Made by a program: the position numbers and the translations under genes | In this document: in pieces, positions 45,127-53,005 of the stretch | How positions within the stretch are numbered: the first letter of the stretch is position 1 | Layout: the number at the start of each line of letters is the position of its first letter | Virus record (IMG/VR): IMGVR_UViG_2840500688_000001 | Coordinates: 6,810-70,809 of that record | Source: a virus | Taxonomy: Duplodnaviria; Caudoviricetes | Length of the DNA stretch: 64,000 bases | Reading direction: 5' to 3' (one strand) | The notes under the pieces: model-generated | Database searches by the model: none | What the model was told of the DNA's origin: nothing | The model's input: only the letters and a program-made list of their open reading frames with translations

Positions 45127-47307
45127 GTGGTGGCTGAGTTAAAAATGGAAGTGATTTTACAGGCATTTGACCGTGTAACTTCAGTTTTGGGTGGTATTGA
45201 TGGTTCAATTAGTAAAACGAAAAGAAACATCAGTGACTATAAGAAGCGTATTAAATCATTGAATGATGGTATTCCAGCAACAGGTCCATTGAGTAGACAA
45301 CAACAGCGAGATCAAAAAGAGTTAGAGCGCACCAATCGAATGATTGCACGGCAAAAGCAGCGCTTAAAAGATCTCTATAAAATGCAAGCTCATCGTAGTC
45401 AGGGAAAACAAATGATGGGGGCGGGCGGTATGCACATTGCAGCTGCCACGGCAATGGGTTATGGCGTATCGCGTTTTATGGATGATGGCATGAACTTTGA
45501 TACGACAATGGGTAGAGTTCAGGCTTTAACACGTTTACAAAAAGATGATCCGATGTTGGCCGCATTGCGGGCAAATGCTAAAGAATTGGGGGCTTCAACT
45601 TGGGCGGATCCTACACAAGTTGCTCAAGGCCAAGCATTTTATGCGATGGCAGGCTTTAAACCTGAAGAGATCATCAAATCAATGGCAGGTACATTGGATT
45701 TGGCTAAAGCTGGTGATGTGGACATCTCAAGGGCGGCGGACATTGGATCAAATATCCTATCTGCTTTTGGTTTATCCGCGGATGAAATGGATCGTGTGGG
45801 TGACATTTTAGTAGGGACATTTACACGCACAAATACAGATCTTGAGATGCTTGGTGAAACCATGAAATATGTGGGACCGATTGCCAAAGGATTGGGCGTG
45901 AGCTTAGAGGAAACCTCTGCCATTGCTGGTGTGTTGGGGAATATTGGTATTCAAGGCAGTCAATCAGGTACAGCCATGCGTGCGATCTTCAGTCGTTTAG
46001 CAGCAGGACCGAGCATGGCAAAGAAAGAGTTGGCTAAACTTGGTATTAAAACGAATGATAAAAAGGGCAACCTTAGAACGCCAGTTGATCTATTGAGAGA
46101 GGTATTACAGAAAACAGCCAAAATGGGTAATGCACAACGCATGGGGATTTTAAAAAGTATTGCAGGTGAGGAAGCTGCTGCGGCTTTTTCCGCATTGATT
46201 GAGAAGGGTAACTTAGAAGATTTAAATCGCATCATTGATGAGCTGAAGAACAATCATGGTGAAAGTAAGCAATTGGCCAAAGTCATGGCGGATAACTTAT
46301 CAGGCGATATGCAGCAATTAAATTCAGCATGGACGGATTTTAAGATCTCTATCTTTGAGGTGAACAATAAAGGGCTGCGTAATACGTTTAAATGGCTCAC
46401 TAAAATCATGGTTAATATTGGGGATTTTGCCAAAAGTAATCCTGAGATTATTAGTAATTTTAGTTACATCGCGGCAGGTGTGATGGGCATTACAGCTTCA
46501 TTAGGTTTGGCTAAATTGGCATGGGGTGCATTTCAGTTTGCTGTGCTTGGCAATCCCATTGTGGCAGCCATTGCTGGCATTGGCTTGGTCATGTATGGCG
46601 TGTATAAAAATTGGGACAGCTTAGTTTGGTTTTTCACAGATGGTGTTTTTCAAATAGGGAAAGATCTGCGGAATGTATATGACTGGTTAGGGAGCTGGAT
46701 TGGCAGAATCCCCATCATTGGCTCTAAGTTACAATTTGTCTTTGATATTGGCGCTAATACTATTTTGGGGATTGGCACTGCATTTAGAAAACTTGGGGAA
46801 TTCATGGGCGCAGGGGTCGCTTTTGTCGTGAATGCCTTTAGGGATTGGGATTCCTCATTTGCGGTATTGAAGTCCTCTGTGGCGGAATTTTGGGATGACA
46901 TGGTCAAGTGGGCACAGCCAGCCATTGATAGAGTCATGAAAATATTGCAGCCGTTTTTTGATGCTTATTATGCGATTGTCGGGAAAAAAGACACGGCTAT
47001 GTATGACAAATTAGACATTGAAAATAAAACAGGTTTGACCTATGGCGAGTTTGGGACTTTAAGTCCAGAAGTACAATTGAAAGCAATAGGCGGCAATGCG
47101 CCTTTAAATGATGCAGCTCGTCAAGAAGACTATCAACGCATATTGCAAAACCGCATCAATGGGACTGGCAATCGTACACAAACCAACACATTCAAAATTA
47201 ACATTACAGCGCCAAGCGGAGATGCATCCGCCATTGCTGAATCGGTTAAGCGTGGCATTGCCAGCGTTACCAATAAAAACAGTGCATTTTTAGGAGATGT
47301 GACGTAA
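45127..47307 (+). CDS. Tape measure protein (TP901 core family)
   Basis: 'FD..M.RV.A', 'AGF....I..SM...LDLA.AG', 'LGETMKYVGP', 'GI.GSQ.GTAMR'. Confidence 0.93.
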   Translation: MVAELKMEVILQAFDRVTSVLGGIDGSISKTKRNISDYKKRIKSLNDGIPATGPLSRQQQRDQKELERTNRMIARQKQRLKDLYKMQAHRSQGKQMMGAGGMHIAAATAMGYGVSRFMDDGMNFDTTMGRVQALTRLQKDDPMLAALRANAKELGASTWADPTQVAQGQAFYAMAGFKPEEIIKSMAGTLDLAKAGDVDISRAADIGSNILSAFGLSADEMDRVGDILVGTFTRTNTDLEMLGETMKYVGPIAKGLGVSLEETSAIAGVLGNIGIQGSQSGTAMRAIFSRLAAGPSMAKKELAKLGIKTNDKKGNLRTPVDLLREVLQKTAKMGNAQRMGILKSIAGEEAAAAFSALIEKGNLEDLNRIIDELKNNHGESKQLAKVMADNLSGDMQQLNSAWTDFKISIFEVNNKGLRNTFKWLTKIMVNIGDFAKSNPEIISNFSYIAAGVMGITASLGLAKLAWGAFQFAVLGNPIVAAIAGIGLVMYGVYKNWDSLVWFFTDGVFQIGKDLRNVYDWLGSWIGRIPIIGSKLQFVFDIGANTILGIGTAFRKLGEFMGAGVAFVVNAFRDWDSSFAVLKSSVAEFWDDMVKWAQPAIDRVMKILQPFFDAYYAIVGKKDTAMYDKLDIENKTGLTYGEFGTLSPEVQLKAIGGNAPLNDAARQEDYQRILQNRINGTGNRTQTNTFKINITAPSGDASAIAESVKRGIASVTNKNSAFLGDVT

Positions 47308-47741
47308 TGAAAGTTCAAATGGTTTGGGGCTTTTTCCCCTTTGCTTTGGAGTCATTGCCATATGAGCAGTTTACAAAGAAAACGGGTTATAAATATGCAA
47401 GTAATTCACGAGTGGGCACGCGTGATGCCCATCAGTTTTTGGGGCCTGGTGATGAAATGGTGGTGTTGTCGGGCAAGCTTTTGCCCATGCTGACAGGTGG
47501 GCGCAATGTGTTGGAAATTTTGCGGTTACAGGCAAGCAGCGGGCAGGCATTTCCTTTGATTGAAAGAACGGGCAGAATTCATGGCAATTATATTTGTATG
47601 AATGCTGATGAAATTGCCCGTCAGTTTGAGCACACAGGCGCACCGCATATTGTGGATTTTACCCTTGAGTTCAAACGGGAAGGGGATGATCTACTAGGTG
47701 CATTGGGTGTGCTGACAAGTCAGATTGGATCGTTATTATGA
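47307..47741 (+). CDS. Tail protein (P2 U)
   Basis: 'F.F.L.SLPY', 'RVG.R...QFLGPG.E', 'G..PL...TG...G'. Confidence 0.88.
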   Translation: MKVQMVWGFFPFALESLPYEQFTKKTGYKYASNSRVGTRDAHQFLGPGDEMVVLSGKLLPMLTGGRNVLEILRLQASSGQAFPLIERTGRIHGNYICMNADEIARQFEHTGAPHIVDFTLEFKREGDDLLGALGVLTSQIGSLL

Positions 47742-48742
47742 TGTCTATTTTTAATGGTATTTCCGCGCCACAATATGCCATTACTGTTGATGGAAAGAAC
47801 ATTACCAGCCGCATTAATTCGCGCTTATTATCCCTCAATTTGGTTGATAATCGTGGCTTTGATGCTGATACATTGACGCTCGTGATTGATGATAGCGATG
47901 GTCTCATGGCGTTGCCAAAGCGTGGCGTTAAGATCAATGTGAAGATTGGCTTTGGTGCATTGATTGATCGTGGGGATTTTGTGGTGGATGCAGTTTCACA
48001 TACAGGCGCACCTGATGTGATCACCATTTCCGCCAATTCTGCGGACTTTAGAAAGAAGCTGTTGGAGCAGAAGAATAAGGCATATCATCAAAAGACCATC
48101 AAAGAGATTGTGGAAGCGATTGCAGGGGAGCACAAATTAGAATCCCGTGTGGCTGAGGCATTGGCCAACATTAAAGTGCAGGATCGTCAGCAGCGCAATG
48201 AGAGTGATGCCAACTTTTTAACGCGTTTGGCTGAAGAGTTTGATGCTGTGGCCACGGTGAAAAAGGGGACCATCCTATTTTTGAAGCGTGGGGAAAGCAA
48301 AACAGCTAGCGGCCAAGAGTTGCCCACAATCATCATTACCCGTAATCAAGGGGATAATCACAGTTATTCTGTGAATGATCGTGATGCTTATACAGGCATT
48401 AAAGCGAAATACACAACCACGAAGAACGGCTTGCGTAAAGAGGTTTTGGTGGGCGATGATGAGCGCACAAAGATGCTGCGCCGCATTTACAAAACGGAAG
48501 GTGAGGCAAGGGCAGCGGCAGAGAATGAATTGAAACGGGTACAACGTGCAGCTGCATCATTTTCGTTTACGCTGGCGATGGGTCGCCCTGAGCTCATAGC
48601 AGAAAGCCCAGTGAAAGTACTGGGCTTTAAGGCGGAGATTGATTCACAAAATTGGATTGCTACTCGTGTGACTCATAACCTTGATCAGAGTGGTTTGACG
48701 ACTCAGGTTGAGGTAGAAGTGCATCAGCGATCTGCTCTTTAA
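47738..48742 (+). CDS. Late control / baseplate hub protein (P2 D)
   Basis: 'RL.SL.L.DNRGFDAD.L', 'Q.NESDA.FL.RLA', 'LA.GRPE'. Confidence 0.92.
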   Translation: MMSIFNGISAPQYAITVDGKNITSRINSRLLSLNLVDNRGFDADTLTLVIDDSDGLMALPKRGVKINVKIGFGALIDRGDFVVDAVSHTGAPDVITISANSADFRKKLLEQKNKAYHQKTIKEIVEAIAGEHKLESRVAEALANIKVQDRQQRNESDANFLTRLAEEFDAVATVKKGTILFLKRGESKTASGQELPTIIITRNQGDNHSYSVNDRDAYTGIKAKYTTTKNGLRKEVLVGDDERTKMLRRIYKTEGEARAAAENELKRVQRAAASFSFTLAMGRPELIAESPVKVLGFKAEIDSQNWIATRVTHNLDQSGLTTQVEVEVHQRSAL

Positions 48743-49931
48743 TATATTGTTCCCATTGAGTACTACCAGATATTTGAGAGTTTTCTTGAGCTGCTTTATT
48801 AATCAATGATAGTTGTTCTATAGTTAGATTTTTGATAGTTGTTTTAAGTATTTTTCCTAATTCATTTGCTTCGCTAAAAGATTTAGACTCACAATATCTT
48901 TTGATGATTACGTCATACATAAAAGGCTCTGGCTCCCCAAGCCAAGATATATTAGCAATTTTTTGACTAGATAAATTATCTATTATGGATTGTACTGTTG
49001 GAGCAAAATCTTTATGTTCTAGTATTTTTACAGTCTCTGGTAAGTGCCCAAAAGAATTGCTAAATAGTTCTTGTTTGATGTATTCAATAAGTTTTATTTG
49101 TATATCGGTCTCCAAGTATGAGTATAAATCAGGAATATATTGAATGATAACTTTTAATACGGTAGATAAGCATTGATCATCTAAAGATCTAATAATATTA
49201 GATATCTTAGTATTGAGAGTTTCTACATAAATGTCAGGATACATATTATTTGTTACTTTAAGAATGTTGTAATATTTTTCTATATCAGATTGCATAGATT
49301 GATTAAACATTTCTTTTAAACAAATGATGACAAAATTTCGTACTAAAGATGTTCGGGCATTGTGCAATGGACTAGCTTGAAGTGTTTGTGTGATCTGTTC
49401 TAAATCCTTAGGAAAATATTCTGATTGAATTATTTTAATTAATGATTCTAATGCTTTTGTTCCCTGAGCAGGTGGATGGGCTAGTAATGATTCTACGGCT
49501 ATTCTTATATGCTGCCTAGCTAGCTCAGGTGTTGGCTGAAAAATTTCATTATCAGCAGATACTGATGGATGAGCGCATTTATTCCTATCTTCTCTTATTC
49601 GCTCCAAGTTATTGAATTCTATATGTGAAATAATATTTAAATCATTTAAACAATATTTTAAAATAGTTCGTTCAAATTTCAGTAACTCGCTAAGCTCAGC
49701 TTTACTAGCAGATTTTTGATATTCTTCGTATTTAACTCTTGCTGCAGCATCATTACTTAATGATAACTCTTGTAGTTTATTAATAATATCGTACATTACA
49801 GCTAACCAAGTTGATACGATAGATGCTCTATATGCTCCTGCTTTATAACATTTTATTGCATCATTTATATATTCTCGAGCGGACTTATCTCGACATTTTA
49901 ATAATAATTCATCTAAATCTATTAACGACAT
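48660..49931 (-). CDS. AT-rich accessory protein with a HEPN-like RxxxxH motif
   Basis: 'A..CY..GAYRA.IV..W' and 'RNKCAH' in the N-terminal third; helical C-terminus; convergent 83-bp overlap with D. Confidence 0.7.
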   Translation of the reverse strand: MSLIDLDELLLKCRDKSAREYINDAIKCYKAGAYRASIVSTWLAVMYDIINKLQELSLSNDAAARVKYEEYQKSASKAELSELLKFERTILKYCLNDLNIISHIEFNNLERIREDRNKCAHPSVSADNEIFQPTPELARQHIRIAVESLLAHPPAQGTKALESLIKIIQSEYFPKDLEQITQTLQASPLHNARTSLVRNFVIICLKEMFNQSMQSDIEKYYNILKVTNNMYPDIYVETLNTKISNIIRSLDDQCLSTVLKVIIQYIPDLYSYLETDIQIKLIEYIKQELFSNSFGHLPETVKILEHKDFAPTVQSIIDNLSSQKIANISWLGEPEPFMYDVIIKRYCESKSFSEANELGKILKTTIKNLTIEQLSLINKAAQENSQISGSTQWEQYIKEQIADALLPQPESSNHSDQGYESHE

Positions 49932-49937
49932 TTCATA

Positions 49938-50807
49938 TTACCTAATCACTGGCGCAAACCATTCTGAATTAACAATCCATTTATCATTTTTTTTAGAATA
50001 ATTGAATTTAGCAATATTCTGATTTTCTAAATGATATGGAACCTCCCAAAACACAACTATTTCACTCACATTTTTATGCTTGCCAATCTCATTCGCCAAG
50101 CGTGCTGATTGCATAGACAGCATTTTACGCGTTTGATCAGTGGGATTTTTTCTATCCCAGCGCAAATAGATCATTGCGATTTTACTATCAGCTTTTTTTG
50201 CATCAGTATTAAGTTGGGCATCTCTTAAAACTGTTGCAGATGTAATCTCGTCATTATTTACGGCATTTTCAATATCAATAATGATCGGATCTTTATTGGC
50301 TAATGCTTCATTATATTTGGTGTGATCAACAATAATCACATCATTCACTTTTGAATTTGTTTTTATGGGTGTTGATTCTTCATCATTTGAATTTAAAGCC
50401 GCAACAATGCCTCCCAAAAGAATAATAAAAGCAATGAATCCAACTGTATTATTTTTTTTCTTATGTTGTGTAGTTGCTACGTTCGATTGGCCAGAATGTG
50501 GGCTTAATAAGTTATAAAAGCTTTGTGCTTTTTTCTTATCTTGAATTTTGAGTACATGGTGATTAATCCCGAATGATGTACCTAAAAATCCTGATTTGAA
50601 GGGTGATAGTGCAATGTCATCTAAGTTAATAGCTTCAATACTTTCACTCATTAATTTCTTTTGAACAAAAATGACTCGTTTATCGGTAGCCACAACTAGA
50701 AATCTAGCGTTTTTAATGTTTGCGACCACATAATCATGAATCACTTCATCTTGTAACAATGCATTATTCAATGATTTAAATTCTTTTTGTTTATGTATTT
50801 TTTCCAT
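49938..50807 (-). CDS. Membrane protein with N-terminal bacterial PH-like domain
   Basis: '[15 protein letters not shown]' PH-like pattern, one TM, periplasmic-like C-terminus. Confidence 0.6.
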   Translation of the reverse strand: MEKIHKQKEFKSLNNALLQDEVIHDYVVANIKNARFLVVATDKRVIFVQKKLMSESIEAINLDDIALSPFKSGFLGTSFGINHHVLKIQDKKKAQSFYNLLSPHSGQSNVATTQHKKKNNTVGFIAFIILLGGIVAALNSNDEESTPIKTNSKVNDVIIVDHTKYNEALANKDPIIIDIENAVNNDEITSATVLRDAQLNTDAKKADSKIAMIYLRWDRKNPTDQTRKMLSMQSARLANEIGKHKNVSEIVVFWEVPYHLENQNIAKFNYSKKNDKWIVNSEWFAPVIR

Positions 50808-50838
50808 TAGCCTTCTCTCATCTATTTTTCAACTTGGA

Positions 50839-51081
50839 TTAATGAGTTTTATTAATGTTGTTTTTACCATTAGTAGATTTTTGTTTATCTGCTTTGGGCT
50901 TATCTGTTTGTACGTGACAACGCTTCTTTGATTTGCTGATTCTTCCATCATTACATATAAATCTGCCATCTGTGGTGCATGCTTTAATACCGCCAGCGCC
51001 TTTGCTACATGGCATGTTTCTAGCATATGAAAGTGGTAGAAGAGATAAACTTAATAATATTAACAGCGCACATTTTTTCAT
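50839..51081 (-). CDS. Small secreted Cys-rich protein (YdcA-like)
   Basis: Signal peptide; '[24 protein letters not shown]'-type pattern. Confidence 0.7.
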   Translation of the reverse strand: MKKCALLILLSLSLLPLSYARNMPCSKGAGGIKACTTDGRFICNDGRISKSKKRCHVQTDKPKADKQKSTNGKNNINKTH

Positions 51082-51101
51082 GCATCCTCCTTTGGTTTTT
51101 T

Positions 51102-51800
51102 CTAATCCCTTACACGCCGATTTCTAAACAATGTCACAGGCTCAACATGCACAACGCATCCGATGATGTCAAAGTCATTCGGTGGGTTCTTCATATCAAT
51201 CGTGAACGGTTTATAAAGTGGGTTAGTGCTAGAAATTTCAATGATTTTATTGGGTAGCTTTTGCACGCTTTTAACGATCAAGTCACCATCGATTCTGAGC
51301 ACATAAATCCCATCATTAAAGAGTTTATTGGCGGTATCAATGAGCATGACATCCTTATCATTGATGACGCCAATCATAGAGTCACCACGGGCAGTGATGG
51401 CAATTAAATCTTTGGGATTGACCTCTAAATATTTTTTAACCCAATACTTACGATATGCCAATGAGAACTCATAGGTTTCTTCATTAATGGCTGATCCATG
51501 ACCTGCCGCCGCAAACACTTTATAACGAGGCACAAAACAGAATTCTTCCAAATCAACTAAATGACCAGCGTTGTCATAAATTTTGGGCTGTGAGCTATTA
51601 GATGGTATGCCCGTAATAATGTATTGGATATCACAGCCAATTTTTGTGATATTTGCAAAATATTCGGCATCAGGTTTACGCGTCCCTTTTTCATAATTCA
51701 TTTGGGCATTGCCACCGACACCTGCAATTTCTCCAAATTCTTTTTGGGTCATTTTTAAGTTGTCCCTAACTTCTTTAAGTCTACGTCCGATTTCTATCAT
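51102..51800 (-). CDS. CI-like repressor (HTH + S24 peptidase)
   Basis: 'IG.RLKEVR...TQ.EFG...GV....YE.G.R.PD'; 'GDSM', 'L.VK'. Confidence 0.93.
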   Translation of the reverse strand: MIEIGRRLKEVRDNLKMTQKEFGEIAGVGGNAQMNYEKGTRKPDAEYFANITKIGCDIQYIITGIPSNSSQPKIYDNAGHLVDLEEFCFVPRYKVFAAAGHGSAINEETYEFSLAYRKYWVKKYLEVNPKDLIAITARGDSMIGVINDKDVMLIDTANKLFNDGIYVLRIDGDLIVKSVQKLPNKIIEISSTNPLYKPFTIDMKNPPNDFDIIGCVVHVEPVTLFRNRRVRD

Positions 51801-51845
51801 ATGAGTGTTTCCTCTATAGATTAATTCAAACGATAGATTGATTTA

Positions 51846-51874
51846 TTGACATTCACCCAATTGATGGGTAATAT
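51846..51874 (+). promoter_or_regulatory. Early rightward promoter with an operator-like palindrome
   Basis: TTGACA-17 nt-TAATAT; ACCCA-N5-TGGGT inverted repeat (51855-51869) in the spacer. Confidence 0.7.
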
Positions 51875-51939
51875 GCCAAATACGGTCATTTGAAGTAACT
51901 ATAATTAAGTCATTTGTTAAGTCATTAAGGATATTATCA

Positions 51940-52110
51940 ATGAAAAATAAGCTTTTTACAAGCGAGCAAAGGAGTGAGCAAGTTCGTGTATCCATCACGA
52001 AATCTGAGTTAAATCAGCTCAGAAACATTGCAAATAGAGAGAAGCGTCCAGTTGCGACTGTGGCTCATGCTTTATTAAAAAAAGCAATTGAAGAGTACAG
52101 CTGCAAATAA
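51940..52110 (+). CDS. Small DNA-binding protein, ribbon-helix-helix-like, 56 aa (not in the ORF track)
   Basis: MKNKLFTSEQRSEQVRVSITKSELNQLRNIANREKRPVATVAHALLKKAIEEYSCK; AAGGA SD; first gene of the early operon. Confidence 0.65.
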   Translation: MKNKLFTSEQRSEQVRVSITKSELNQLRNIANREKRPVATVAHALLKKAIEEYSCK

Positions 52111-52126
52111 CACATTTGGAGAGTAT

Positions 52127-52318
52127 GTGAATAGATCAGGAACCGCTAATTCGTATAAATGTCCACAGTGTGGTAGCAGAGCCAAGATTGTCACCACTAA
52201 AGTGATCACGACACAAACGAGGGAGAAGTATTATCAGTGTACAAATCTGCATTGCTCATCCACGTTTGTGACCTATGAAACGGTTGATCGCTGGATCATT
52301 AAAACGAAATCTAATTAA
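52127..52318 (+). CDS. Ogr/Delta-like zinc-finger late activator
   Basis: 'CPQCGSRA', 'YYQCTNLHCSSTFV'; likely GTG 52127 after GGAG. Confidence 0.88.
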   Translation: MNRSGTANSYKCPQCGSRAKIVTTKVITTQTREKYYQCTNLHCSSTFVTYETVDRWIIKTKSN

Positions 52319-52341
52319 TTAAAACTTAAGGAGAAAAAATT

Positions 52342-52692
52342 ATGGCTTTAGTTAGTCAGGGCACTTTTTTACCCATTAAAAATGTATCTCAATGTTTAGA
52401 GGCAGCACACTTGGATTTTAAACGCGTAGCGAAAGCAGTGCGCGGCATAGCTTTAACATCCATGTTTATCAACCATTCAAATGATGTACAGAAGTTGGCC
52501 CAACAAGCATCACAAATGACAAGTTCTGCATTGTTAAGTGTGCTTGAGTCTGTGCGTCATCAATATTACTTAGCAGCAGATGAAGTGGCGGATCAAGCAT
52601 TCACCATTCATTTGTTGAAGTCTGCCATTTCAATCCATGAATTGATGAAATCCATTAAGAAAGGTGCATCTCAGGGGGTGAATCATGACTAG
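52342..52692 (+). CDS. Hypothetical protein
   Basis: AAGGAG SD; ORF in the early operon. Confidence 0.6.
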   Translation: MALVSQGTFLPIKNVSQCLEAAHLDFKRVAKAVRGIALTSMFINHSNDVQKLAQQASQMTSSALLSVLESVRHQYYLAADEVADQAFTIHLLKSAISIHELMKSIKKGASQGVNHD

Positions 52693-53005
52693 TTATGTGA
52701 TCAATATTACCAATGGTTTAACGCTCAAAAACATCACAGATAACGAGCCCACCATTATTTTATTCACGCGTAGCCACTGCACATCTTCTAAGAAAATGCT
52801 GCACATGCTCGATGAGTTCAGCAAACGTCATTTACACATTGCATGCGTCAATGTAGACATCAGCCCAAACAGCGTTGGGAAGAACATGATGCACCGCTTC
52901 AATATCAAGGTTGCACCTTCTTTTGTTGTGTTCAAACAAGGCAAAGAGGTGAACCGCGGATGTGGCTACACACAGTTTGTGAATTATATGACGAGTGAAA
53001 TGTAA
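52685..53005 (+). CDS. Thioredoxin-fold protein with degenerate CxxS site
   Basis: 'ILFTRSHCTSSKKM', 'VNVD', 'RFNIKVAPSFVVFKQGKEV.R..G' thioredoxin pattern. Confidence 0.7.
   Translation: MTSYVINITNGLTLKNITDNEPTIILFTRSHCTSSKKMLHMLDEFSKRHLHIACVNVDISPNSVGKNMMHRFNIKVAPSFVVFKQGKEVNRGCGYTQFVNYMTSEM

Noticed and set aside
8528-48544. Numerous 60-120-aa antisense or out-of-frame ORFs in the ORF track overlapping structural genes
   Set aside because: They are shadows of well-supported genes, with no SD or recognisable motifs.
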